Shown piece by piece: positions 11,945 to 23,640 of a DNA stretch of 49,641 nucleotides (position 1 is the stretch's first letter; each line of letters begins with the position of its first letter). The notes under the pieces are model-generated. The model was not told the DNA's origin. It ran no database searches and saw nothing but the letters and a program-made list of their open reading frames with translations. The stretch comes from Octopus bimaculoides (Eukaryota). The position numbers and the translations under genes are program-made. The DNA lies in contig NC_069001.1 of the NCBI RefSeq assembly GCF_001194135.2, positions 19,452,228 to 19,501,868 of the forward strand, in the 5' to 3' direction.

Positions 11945-14085
11945 TATAGGTCCCCTTCACAGTTAGAGATCAGCACTTCTTTATACAGCTGTCCTCATTT
12001 ATACACATCACATGACCATACCAGCATAGTCGTATCTTTTGCACACCACATCTGATGGCTCTTATGCCCAATTTTTCTCTCAAGATGCTTACACCCAGTG
12101 GAGCATAGTAGATTCATTTCTTTCAAGCCATCACATGTCTACTACAGTCACAGCCCATGTTTGCTGCTGTGTAGCATGGTTGTTCACACTCGACACCATA
12201 CAGTCTGCCTTTCACTCTGAGTGAGTAGCCCTTTGTTGCTAACAAAGGTAGAAGCTTTCTGAACTTTGCCCAACCTAGTCTTATTCTAGCAGCTACCCTC
12301 TCAGAATATCCACTTCCACTGTTAACTTGGTTATCTAGATAACGAAAGCTATCAATTACTTCTAGGTATCCCCCGCTGGCATTTTATAGTGTCTATTTTC
12401 CATATATTTTTAGTGTTTATTGTACCTGTGCATCTGCCACACACAAAAACTATTTTCCCAATTAACCTTCCTCTGCACCTTTTATGTGACCATAGCTTGC
12501 ACCAGGTACACCTTATGAAGCCTCTACCTACACTTATTCTACATTAACTCTAAAGCTCTTTGATCCTAGACCTTGCTTCCACTGTTGAAATTTTTTCTCC
12601 AGTTCTGGTAGTGATTCAGGTATAAGAACAAGGTCATCAGCATAAAGGAGCTCCCAGGGACAACCCAGCTTAAATTTCTCTACTATTTCCTGAAGGACTA
12701 TGATGAACAAGAGAGAGCTGAGGACTGATCCTTGGTGAACTCCTACTTGTACATTGAATTCATTGCTATAATTGTTGCCAACCCTCACCTTACTGCCAGC
12801 ATGGCTTGTACAGCTCTCACCAGCCACTCCTTTAACCTTAGTTTCTGCTATGACCACTAGATAAGGGAGTGAGGGACCCTGTCGAAGGCTTTCTCCATGT
12901 CAACAAAAGCCAAGTACAGAGGTTTATTTCTGGTTAGGTACTTCACCTGCAGCTAACTTACCAGGAATATAATGCTTCTCCCTGGCACAAAACAAAGCTG
13001 TATCTCATCTAGCCTAACTCTCTTCCTAATTAGTTGGGCTATGATTGTCTCTGCAACATTCATCACCTGACCCAACAACTTGATACCTCTGTAATTATTT
13101 CTGGCTAAGGCATCACCTTTGCCTTTGTAGCAATTGACTATTGTGCTGCTATACCAGTCATTGGATATGACTCCTTCGTGTACAACCTGATCAACTATAT
13201 GGGTAATGAAACCATAACCCACACTGCCAGATATTTTAAGCATCTCAGCAGTGACTCCTGATGGGCAAGGGGCTTTCCCTGTCTTCATATCCTTCATGGC
13301 CTTATCTACCAAGCTACTGTTTTATTTGGATTGCTGGTCCCTTTGTTGGATCCATATTAGGCAGACTCTCCTTCTCCCGTGAGTTCTCTACATTCAGCAG
13401 CTTTTCATAGTGGCACTTCCAAGCCTCTTTCTTAGCAGAATCATTAACTGCAAGTGAAACATCATCCATGCAAATGCACTTCTGTGATATTGTTCCAATA
13501 ACATCACAATTTTCCCTGACTCAACTGTCTTGCAAGCAGAAACACTTCAAGCCACTGATCCTCATAGTGCAGAACATTGGCAAACTTCTTCCTTTCTGTT
13601 TCACTCCTGGCTAGGTATACCTGCCTCCTTGCTACTGCCACTTTTCCAGTCTTTCCAGGTCTGCTTCTTTGCTCTAATGACCCTGTTAACTACACTGTTT
13701 CACTACCATGTCACTCTAGGTCTAGTTGGGACTTTGTACCAGCCACAAATTTGGTACTGCCAGACATATCTGTTGAAATCACCAACCACGAAGATATGGT
13801 CACTGCAATTTGTCTTTGAGGTAGCCTGCAGCAGAATGTCATAAAAGTTGTTCTTTTGTTGATGTACCCTATCACATACTCTGACTACCTCAATCACCTT
13901 ATTAACTCATTTCTCTGCTAAAAGTATGCCCATACCTCTTACCCCATCACTGTTGCCTTCCCAAAAGGGATAACACCTATGTCACTTGCCAGTGGGGAAC
14001 CTGGCTGGAGATCCCCTCCACCTAACTTCTTGAATGCAAAACATATCAACACATCTCTGTTGAAGCATCTCAACAATCCCACCTA
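11945..14085 (-). mobile_element. RTE-clade LINE (PHD-insertion family), decayed
   Basis: APE remnant (VVGDFN); RT motifs KAPCPSGV, NYRGIKLL, QGSVLSSLLF, LLYADDLVL; IVFVCGRC; FRYLDNQV. Confidence 0.9.
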
Positions 14086-14569
14086 CATTGACTCTGCCAA
14101 CTCTGAGTGAATGTAAGGGGAGGCAGCATATAACGAGGTGGGGGAGCTGTCGCTTTTGGAATCTGAAAAGGTTTTATAGTCTTAAAAACTATGCTAAGCC
14201 TGGCACGTTAAATAATCGTAAAGAAGTTTTCTTAAAATGTGTTCATTTCAAGCGCTACCTACTGGAAAATTGCGTTTCCCAGTTTGCTATTTAAGCTAAT
14301 AATAGACCTTACCGAAATAGATCCTAGCTTCCATTTATCCAGGGGAGATAACCCGTACTCAACTTTTTCCACTGAGCCATTTAACTTTTTTTGCCCTGTT
14401 GTTTTTCCAGCTCTGCGAAAAGTTAAATTTGATGTGCTGTCCACAAAGCTGTTGCATTCATGGATATGAAACTATTGGTCGCTTGTTTTAATATTTACTG
14501 CTCCTATTCTTTAGAGTGTGCTTCTTTTTCTGGTATATGTTTTATTGATAATATATATCCTCATCATCA

Positions 14570-15435
14570 GAGCTAGAGAAGTTTCAGGTGCAAAAGCAAG
14601 GTCGAGAATCGAAGGACCTTAGAGTTAACCTAGCAAAAATCAGAGTCTTAGTAAGTACGAAGGCGGACAAATCACAAATCCCTTCAGGTAGATGGCCCTG
14701 CTCGATCTGTAGAAAAGGTGTCGGTAGAAACTCCATAAAATGTACTTGGTGTAAGCTATGGCCAAATAAGGGGTGCAGCAGTATCAAAGGAAGGTTTGCT
14801 GGGAAGATAGTTTTTGTGTGTGGAAGATGTGCAGGTGCAATAAATACCAAAAATGTACAGAAAACAGATTCCATCACATGCCAGTAGTTGATAGCTTCCG
14901 TTACCTAGGTGACCAAGTCAGTAGTGGGGGTGGATGCTCCGATAACATAGCTGCTAGAATAAGAATAGGCTGGACAAAGTTCAGAGCTATCTCTACTGGT
15001 AACAAAGGGCCTTTCAGTCAGAGTGAAAGGTTGACTGTATGATGCCTGTGTGCAAACAGCCATGTTACACGGCAGTGAGACAGAAATGAAGCTAGTATGT
15101 GCTACATGTGTGCTTGAGAAGACCCAGCAAGCCAAGTGAGATTGGACAATGCCCATTTAAAAGCACCCTTCAATCGTCAGGCGATATGCCATGCTTGTAA
15201 AGACCTGTTGAACCAAGTGAAATTGTAGTCATGCCTGATGTCAGTGCTGCCTGACTGGTAGCACCTAAGAAGCGCACACTACATTATTGGAGTGGTTGGC
15301 ATTAGAAAGGGCATCCAGCTGTAGAAACCTTGCCAAATCAGATTGGAGCCCGGTGCAGCCTCCTAGCTTACCAGTTCTGTCAAACTGTCCAACCCATACC
15401 AACATGGAATGTGGACATTAAATGATAGTGATCAT
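14570..15435 (+). mobile_element. 3' part of an RTE LINE (PHD-insertion family) with 3'UTR and (GAT)n-like tail
   Basis: RVNLAKIRV...WPCSICRKGVGRNSIKCTWCKLW...FVCGRC...SFRYLGDQVSSGGGC; the UTR ends CCAACCCAT...GGACATTAAATGATAGTGAT. Confidence 0.88.
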
Positions 15436-15710
15436 CATCATCGTTTAATGTCCATCTTTTATGCATGCATGGTTAGGACGGTTGAACTACCCAAGGCTAC
15501 TGTGTCTGTTTAGGCAGAGATTTTACGGCCAGATGCCCTTCCTAACACCAACCACTCTGCAGAGTGGATTAGCATAGCTGAGGTTATTTTTGGTATGATT
15601 TTTATGGCTGGATGCCCTTCCAAATACCAACCACATTACAGTGTGGACTGGATGGTTTTAACATGGCACTAGCACTGGCAGGTAACCAAGTAACTTGCAA
15701 GACAAGGAAT
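15436..15710 (-). mobile_element. RTE 3'UTR-only copy, tail-to-tail with the previous element
   Basis: (CAT)n CGTTTAATGTCC...GATGCCCTTCCTAAC...ACCACTCTGC on +. Confidence 0.75.
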
Positions 15711-16194
15711 TATGAGAGGGACAGGGCATTTGAGGAGGGGAACATATGTCAGAGGATGAAAAGTTAGAGTGTGACAGAAAGACAGAGAGGTAGAAGCTGG
15801 TGTCTTACCACAAAAGAGAGAGCATTAGAGGAGGTGATCCAGTATCAGATGATGAAAGGTTAGAGTGTAACAGTGAAATAGCGAGGCAGAAATAAATGTC
15901 TTGCTATTGAAGAGGTACAAAAAAGGCCAGAAACAAAGTAATACTTAGTTACCTAGTCAGAGGAAAAACAAGAGGAGAGAGCTGGTGTAGTGCTAGGGTA
16001 TACTCACAAGTAACAAGAATGAGTGTAGAACCTGGGTAGAAAAATAGAGTGTGTGGAGCAGCGATACAGTGAGGGCAAGAAAGGGGATTAGAAAACAATC
16101 ATAATTTATGAAGAGGAAATGCAAGGAAGAGAACGATGCAATTAGAAGAGTTGTAGTTTGGGTGAAAAGTGTGTTGTTACATGTGGGTGGGACA

Positions 16195-16700
16195 CAACTC
16201 TTCTAGCACTCAGTTTCATGGACAGGTCTTCTCTAGAAGCTCATATTGCCAAACAGCTCGGTCCACTGTCATTTTAACTCTGTGAACCCACAACATCCTA
16301 AGATCATTCCGCATCACTTTCTCCCTTATCTTCCTGGGTTTCCCTCTTCCACAAGTACCATCCACTTCTGTATAGTTCTCTTCACTCATATGCACCACAT
16401 GTCCAAACCAATGCATTCTCCTCTCCTGCATACTACATCTAATCCTTCTTATGCCTCACTTTTCTCTCAACAGTTATGCTTTGCCGGTCATGCACACTGA
16501 CATTGCAAATCCAACAGAACATACTACTTTCATTCCTCTCCAGCCTACACATATCCTCCGCAGTCAGTGCCCATGTCTCACTACAATGTAACATGGCCTT
16601 TCTCATGCAATCTACCTTTCACTTTGAGAGAGAGTCCTTTTGCTGCCAACAGAGGTGGTAGTACTCTGAACTTCCTCCACCCTATTCTTATTCTAGAATA
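16195..16700 (-). mobile_element. RTE LINE C-terminal fragment
   Basis: RRMHWFGHVVHM...GRGKPRK...NDLRML. Confidence 0.8.
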
Positions 16701-17371
16701 TATATATACATATATATATTACACAAGCAGATCCACTTTGTAGCTTTGGTCAGCTTGTGGCCATATTAGAAGACATCTACAAAGTTGGGGAGTGAGCTTT
16801 TCAACCACATTGCCATGTATGGGCCTAAATACGTATAATTTAAATATCAAAGGTTTAAGTTATAAGTCTATCACTATAAAGTCTAATTTTTTTTCTTCCT
16901 GTAGGTATTGTATTTCTAATAAAAGCACACAATGTATTTGAATTAATTTAAACAATTAATTAGAATAATAATTTCACATATACCTCCCAATTTTCAATTA
17001 TTTCATTAAAAGCATGGCCATGAGAGCATCAACCCTTAAATGGCAGACACCATCAACTGAGGTTTCAAAATTTTTTTAGATGGATACGGCCACCATCAGA
17101 GTAAAGTGAATATTTTACAGCACTTCCCAATGAGAGACTAACAATTACACTCGTACTTATTTAAAATATTAAATAAGTATACAAATTATCCTTAAGAAAA
17201 AGATATTTTGTTTTTTGCGCATTCATACAACCCTTTCCTGTCATTTAAGGAATAACAAGAAATTTTTATGCTGTTATTCATGTAATAAGATTTTGGTGGA
17301 GATTGTAAATTAAATACAAATCCCTTTAAATGAAAGTATTTAATATCAGTTTCCTGTCCTAAAGCATCATA

Positions 17372-18170
17372 ATCGTTACCTTTTAACATCCGCTTTCCAT
17401 GCTGACATGGGTTGGACAGTTTGACTGAGGACTGGCAAGCCAGGAGGCTGCACCAGGCTCCAATCTGTTCTGGCAAGGTTTCTACAGCTGGATGCCCTTG
17501 CTAACGCCAGCCACTCCGAATGTAGTGGGTGCTTTTTATGTGCTACCGACACGGTGGAGGGAGGCTGATGCAGCCAGGTGGCACTGGCAACAACCATACT
17601 TAAATGGCACTTTCAGGCAGCACTGGCATCCCCTGTCTACCTCTTCCACAGGTTCCTTCCACTGTTAAGGTGTGACACTGCACACAGCTGTCCTCATCCA
17701 TACGAAACATGACCATACCAGCACAGTTGTCTCTCTTTCACACTACATCTGATGCTTCTTATGTCCATCTTTTCTTTCAGGGCGCTTACACTCTGTCATA
17801 TATGCACAATGACATTACACACCCAGTGGATGTCAGGCCTATGCATGTCCTCAGCAGTCACAGCCTATGTTTCACTGCCATGTAACATGGCTGTTCGTAC
17901 GCATGCATCATACAGTCTACTTTTCATTAGGCACTTTGTTACCAACAAAGGAAGGAGCTCTCTGAACTTTGCTCAGGCAATTCTTATTCTAGCAGCTATG
18001 CTCTCAGAGCACCCCCCCCTACTGACTTGGTCACCTAGGTAACAGAAGCTATCAACTATTTCTAGTTTTTACTCCTAGCATGTGATGAAATCTGTTTTCT
18101 GTACATTTTTGGTATTTATTGCACCTGCACATCTTCCACACAAAAACCATCTTCCCATTTAACCTTTCTT
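17372..18170 (-). mobile_element. RTE LINE 3' fragment (UTR plus C-terminal ORF)
   Basis: TTTAACATCCGCTTTCCATGC 3' terminus; SFCYLGDQV and FLCGRCA motifs on -. Confidence 0.8.
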
Positions 18171-18589
18171 TGAGCTGGAAGTTGCAACCAAATCTCTCTC
18201 ATGCCAGACCCATCTTTAAAAAAGTATTGCAGTTACAGTGTCTAAGTTAGAAATGGGAGGGTCTTATCTGGAATGCCTTTGGTCATTGTTGAACTGGAGT
18301 TAAATAAGAAATGTATAAAGTTAGATTCAGTCATCTGCCATATTGCATAAGCCATTGTTATGTCTGGAAATGTTGCTGTATGTAGAATTCTGTATTGCAA
18401 AATCCATTTTCTCATTCATTACATTTCACAAAGTGAATGAACATGGAAATCAATGGGAAAATTCATCCAGACAAAATTATTAGGAATGCAATAATACTTT
18501 TGTAATGGGTGTGAATATCTGTAATTTACTAAATTCCTTCCTCTAAAATCTCAATCATATTGAAAATCTATTATTTTCTCTTCCAAAAG

Positions 18590-18679
18590 ATAACCGGTGC
18601 CTCTTCTCAAGTGCTGAAAGGTGAACCTCTCTACCACACAACTTTGGTAAACTTCAGCCGAAAACATACCCTCAAATGA
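18590..18679 (+). CDS. CDK5RAP1: CDK5RAP1 terminal coding exon
   Basis: ttttctcttccaaaag|ATA ACC GGT GCC TCT TCT CAA...AAA TGA. ITGASSQVLKGEPLYHTTLVNFSRKHTLK*, comparable to recalled human ITSASSQTLRG...RTTL. Confidence 0.92.
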   Translation: MTGASSQVLKGEPLYHTTLVNFSRKHTLK

Positions 18680-18906
18680 GTCCAATATTGCTACAGTTAA
18701 TTGGTCGTTTGCTTGAGTAATGGGAGTGAAATCTACATTTCAGCCTCATCAATTTGCAGTCCACTTTCAACTGTCGGTGACTAACATCAGCTGCAACTAT
18801 GAAAATATCCAACTAACAATCAACCTGCAAGAGAACACAACTAAATCTTTCTCAAGTCAACCCTACCATCTTAAAACAAAGCATTAAATTGTATAACTTA
18901 GAATAC

Positions 18907-19072
18907 AATAAAAAGCAGTGAGAAAGATGATACCTGCAAAGCCCAAAGAATGTGAAAGAGTCCTGTACTGCCTCAGATTGGCTTTATTTGGAAGAACTAT
19001 GGCCTAGGATTGAACAACAATGAAAATAATTTATAATATACAAAATAAAGCTAAATAAACATCACATTTATT
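18907..19072. terminator. Candidate polyadenylation signals of the two convergent genes
   Basis: + strand AATAAA at 18907, 19044 and 19054; - strand AATAAA (TTTATT on +) at 18983-18988 and 19067-19072. All lie between the two stop codons. Confidence 0.5.
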
Positions 19073-19081
19073 ATCACAATA

Positions 19082-19345
19082 TCATTTCTTCTTCTGACGC
19101 TTATGTCTTTGTTTATGCTTTTTTTGATGTGTTGGTGGTTTTGGCACATTTTTCGATGCTGCCGTTGTCTGGTTAAGCAAAACACTATGAGCAATAGGTT
19201 TGATAATGGTACCTAGCTTGGTCTCAATTTTCGGTTTAATCAGTTCTTTTACCACAGTTTGAGGATTCCACTCTTTACCAATAGGAGCTGCTATACTCGC
19301 AGCAAAGTCTTTGGCATTGACATAAGGAAATGGTAATTCTTTTAC
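19082..19345 (-). CDS. UTP14: UTP14 terminal coding exon
   Basis: atttcag|GTA AAA GAA TTA CCA TTT CCT TAT...AAG AAA TGA. VKELPFPY...APIGKEWN...PKIETKLGTIIKPI, then a basic tail. Confidence 0.95.
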   Translation of the reverse strand, partial: VKELPFPYVNAKDFAASIAAPIGKEWNPQTVVKELIKPKIETKLGTIIKPIAHSVLLNQTTAASKNVPKPPTHQKKHKQRHKRQKKK

Positions 19346-20377
19346 CTGAAATATATTATATGAATAGCATTAGATTGATTATGACAGTTGTTGCAGTGAT
19401 GATGAGGATTTGTAACTTGAGGCAGGTGAAACTAACATGTAGACTTCAAGTTAATAGGAAGCTTCTATACGATTGCTTGACCCACTAGAAATTGCAACCA
19501 CATATTTTTCAAATCATACAATCTTTAAAAAATTGAAAGTATAATATAGTACTAGATACATTATGTCTGGAAAAAAAACAGAGCCAGGATAGTTTGCTGA
19601 GTGGCTAAACAACAAACTAAGAAACCAAAGCTTTGTTTGAAGACGTCTGCCATTTTATAAATGCAATAGATGCTAGAGTTGTGTTGCTGTAACAATAAAT
19701 TATAGTTGTGGTAATGATGGATATGTAGTATTAAGTATAACGAAACAACAGTAATGGTGGGGAAGATCTTAAGTCAGACAAGAAGGGAAAGTGCCTATGA
19801 AAATCTAACTTTTCTAAAACTGGTGTGGTTGATATTTAACCTGAACATTTATAAAGAATTTCAGTGGACTGCAGTTCTAGGAAAGCTAGACTACATGAAG
19901 TATTTAGTGCAGGGTGAGGAAGGTCAAACTCAGTAAAGAGTAACAAAAGGGTGTAAGTTTAGGTGGTGTATGCATCTAACTAGTTCAAAAGAACATGTGA
20001 TTATTATGGAAGTAGAAAAAAAAGAGAGGAAAGTATGCATCTGCGGTGTTGGCTTAACTAACAGCTATTGAATTAATTGGTGGGGATCTCTTTGAGGTCA
20101 AACAAACTGTAAGAGAAAACAGCCAGACTTCCTTAATATTACACAATATTGTCTTTAAAAAAAGGAAGAAAGCATTGGACAATGTAGTTCTAGATATACA
20201 ATATTTGAATATAAGGTCAAAATGAACAGAGCTGGTCTGCTTGATCAAGGTTAACCCAGCACTAAACATCACTAGTTAATAAATTGTTGTGATGGTAATG
20301 TAACAGAGAAAGCAAAATGATCATGTGTTGATGAGGCAATAAATGTTGGAGAAAAGATCTAGAGGAGTAACACTTAC

Positions 20378-20477
20378 CTGATATTTACGTATAGCAGTGT
20401 CTCTGGTTTCGTCAATGATTACATGTCCAAGAGGATCATCTTTTTGAGGTTCTGTTAGTGGAGCCTTCTTTATAAAT
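20378..20477 (-). CDS. UTP14: UTP14 penultimate coding exon
   Basis: ttttctcag|A TTT ATA AAG...TAT CAG|gtaagt. 100 nt, phase 2-0, completing CA|A of the previous exon. FIKKAPLTEPQKDDPLGHVIIDETRDTAIRKYQ. Confidence 0.93.
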
Positions 20478-20599
20478 CTGAGAAAAGGGAAAAACATTCT
20501 GAGATCACATCCTACCAAGGTCAACCTTGCCTTTCTTCCTTCAAGGGTCAATAAAATAAAGTACCAGTCAATCATCAGAACAAAGTTTGTACAGAATTA

Positions 20600-21365
20600 G
20601 AAACTGAAGATGGAAACATCACCTATGTCAAAGTGTAAAAAGCATTCTAAACACTCTGAAATCATCAGAACACTTGAATTTATCCAGTAAGTTCAACAGA
20701 CCATTGATTACAATCCCAGAAAATCTACGAGGTCAATTGCAAAAGATCTCCATGTGTCAGAAGGGACAATTAGAAATGTTGTCCACAAAGACCTCAGATA
20801 TAAATCTTATATGATGAGGAAAGGTCAATTTATGTCAGAAAAGTAAAAGAAAATCACTACATAAGATTTAAAAGGCTCTTAAACAAACTGAAAAATCCAG
20901 CAGAAGAAATGATAGATGGTTATGTGCAGACCCTTCTGAAATTTCAAGAGTTATGCATACAAAATTTCCTGCAATTGTCATGGTTTTAGGGGTTATCAGC
21001 AATGAAGGATATGTGAGGTCTCCTTACTTCTTTCCACAAGGCCTTAGAATTAACTCTACCACTTACATTGAAAACAGTTGTCCCTAATATATGGCCTCCT
21101 TATTCCCCAGGTCTCAATCTATTGGACTATTGTGTGTGGAGCATTGTTGAAAAAGGTCAATGAACATGCCCATAACACCAAAGATTCTTTGAAAACTGTC
21201 ATAGTCAGAGTAATGTCCAAAATGAACTATGACAACTTGATTCGAGCATGTAGATGATTTAGATCTCATATAGAAGCAGTTGTTGAAGCTGGAGGTGACC
21301 TTATTGAATAACATTATAGAAAAGAAGGTTTATTTTTATCCTTGTAGCATTTTTTGATAATAAAG
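20600..21365 (+). mobile_element. Tc1/mariner-superfamily transposase remnant
   Basis: IRNVVHKDLRYKSY; KFPA.VMVLGVIS; WPPYSPGLNLLDYCVWSIVE...ACRRFRSHIEAVVEAGG (WPPxSPDLNP-type motif). Confidence 0.85.
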
Positions 21366-21371
21366 TTATCA

Positions 21372-21756
21372 GTAGGAGTGGCTGTGTGGTAAGTAGCTTG
21401 CTTACCAACCACATGGTTCTGGGTTCAGTCCCACTGCATGGCACCTCAGGCAAATGTCTTCTACTATAGCCTCGAGCCAACCAAAGCCTTGTGAGTGGAT
21501 TTGGTAGACGGAAACTGAAAGAAGCCCGTCGTATATATATATGTATGTGTGTCTGTGCTTATCCTTCCAACATCACTTGACAAGCAATGCTGGTGTGTTT
21601 ACGTCCCCGTAACTTAGCAGTTCGGCAAAAGAGACCGATAGAATAAGTACTAGGCTTACAACGAATAAGTCCTGGGGTCGTTTTGCTCGACTAAAGGCAG
21701 TGCTTCAGCATGGCCACAGTCAAATGACTGAAACAAGTAAAAGAGTAAAGAGAGTT
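21372..21756 (+). mobile_element. Near full-length tRNA-derived SINE (octopus OR1-like)
   Basis: GGAGTGGCTGTGTGGTAAG A box and GGTTCAGTCCC B box, internal (TA/TG)n, 3' CAGCATGGCC...TGACTGAAACAAG(TAAAAGAG)n. Confidence 0.85.
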
Positions 21757-22784
21757 ATGATACATGGACTATGATAGAAAAGATTCCATTGTTGACTGTC
21801 CTTTCCCATTTCTACACACAATGAACCCAAGACTTCATTATACATGTTTTATAGGCACAAGAGTGGCTGTGTGGTAAGTAGCTTGCTTACATGTTAGAAT
21901 ATCTAAGGCTACAAGGAACCCCTGCACATGCATTCCTCACTGTGTCCCTGGATCTTGACTACCAGCTTGGTCTTGTTAGTCTTTCGACCCACAGTAATCC
22001 ATGGGATTACAATTGGGGAAATTAGGAGGCCAGAAATTGTGGCTGGTGAAATTGGAGCAATTCTCAATCCAGTGTCAGTCATGTAACTGTTGATTGTAAA
22101 TAGTTGAAGAGTCAAAGATAGAAAAATAGGCTCCATATAACCTGCATAGAAAAGACCTGTCAGTTATTGTGAAGTAGTTCATTTGCACCAACTCTAAATA
22201 TTTTTTTTAGACAAAGATGTTACTAGGGATAAGAAATACATCCTTTATCACTGGTAGTTTAATCTTGGGAATAGAAAGGCCATGTAGCTGAGAGGGGACT
22301 AGCATCCAAAGAAATCATCCATTATGCAGTACTAAACAACGGTTACAGCTGAGGTTTAATGCCAACAATTAGTGTCTATAACAACTTTGGACAAACATGC
22401 CGGTCCTTAGTAAAAAGATGAGGTAATTCTTCACCACATTAATGCATGTCTCTGTACTGCACAAGAAACCAAGGATGTCCTAGAGAAACTTTGCTTGGAA
22501 AAATTGTTTTACACATATCCTACATCCTTCTATTTAGGATTTGTTTAGGAATCTATAAAGCTATTTTGATGGGCTCACACAAAGGAGGTTCGACATGAAT
22601 CAAGAAGGTTATTGAAAGCAATACCGAAAGAATATACTGACTAAATACATCTACAATCACTAATATTTTGTTTTTCTAAATTCATTTGAAAATCAGGCAG
22701 AACTTCTGCTATAGCCTGATACATACATAGTGTATAAAAACATATATAGTTACAACTTGATACATATGCTATATAAACAATATA

Positions 22785-22911
22785 CAGGGTGTCCACAAAG
22801 TCTGGGTACATGGGGATTAACACATACTTTAAGAAATTATTGTTTCTTATATTTAATTGTTTATGTTATGATTTTATTTACTCCATGTACCCAGACCTTG
22901 TGGACACCCTG
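22785..22911. mobile_element. 127-bp Tc1/mariner-type MITE
   Basis: ~29-bp TIRs CAGGGTGTCCACAAAGTCTGGGTACATGG with one mismatch, flanked by TA on both sides. Confidence 0.92.
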
Positions 22912-22914
22912 TAT

Positions 22915-23640
22915 ATTGTTACAATCAGACGTTGCAGATGATATCATCTTGACAGCTCATATACCTATGGAACTGGAGGAAATGCTCACCAATGTCCACA
23001 CTACAAGCCAACCTGTTGGCTTCAACATGAACTTTAGAAAGATCAAGGTCATGTTCAATAGGCACGCTATGCCAGCACCCATCACCGTAAACGGCAAGAC
23101 CATAGAAGAGGTAGACAGCTATGTTTAACTGGGACAGATGGTGACAAAAACCAGAAATCTCTTCCTGGAAATCATGAGAAGAATAATGCTTGGTTTGGAG
23201 GAACCTATAAGAAGGTGGAAAACTTCATGAGAAATCTCCAGGCCTTAATGAAAATTAAAAGAGTACATCCTGCCAGTGATGATTTATGGTAGTGAAATAT
23301 GGGCTTTGAACACTACTGTCATGAATACCCTCATTGTAGCCCAACAACAAATGGAATGAATCATATTCTGCATCACATTGCAAGACAAGAAAACCAATAT
23401 CTGGGTATGACAGTACACGGGGCTCAATGACATCATAAGAACCATTAACAAGAACAAATATAAATGAGCTGGCCACATTGTGTGACTGAAGGACAACCAA
23501 TGGACAATCAGGATGATAGAATGGACACCAGGACAAAAGACAAAATCGAGTGGTTGACCAAAGACAAGATGGCAAGATGATCTCACCCACTACCTAGGGC
23601 CTACATGGCAGTAACAGATGTAGGTTAATGAAATTCACAG
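22915..23640 (+). mobile_element. 5'-truncated RTE LINE, second family (no PHD insert)
   Basis: ADDIIL...NFRKIKVM...EEVDSYVxLG...WAGHI...RPKTRWQDDL, broken by stops and frameshifts. Confidence 0.85.

Noticed and set aside
21372-21445. tRNA gene
   Set aside because: A and B boxes are present, but there is no cloverleaf and the sequence continues into a SINE body.
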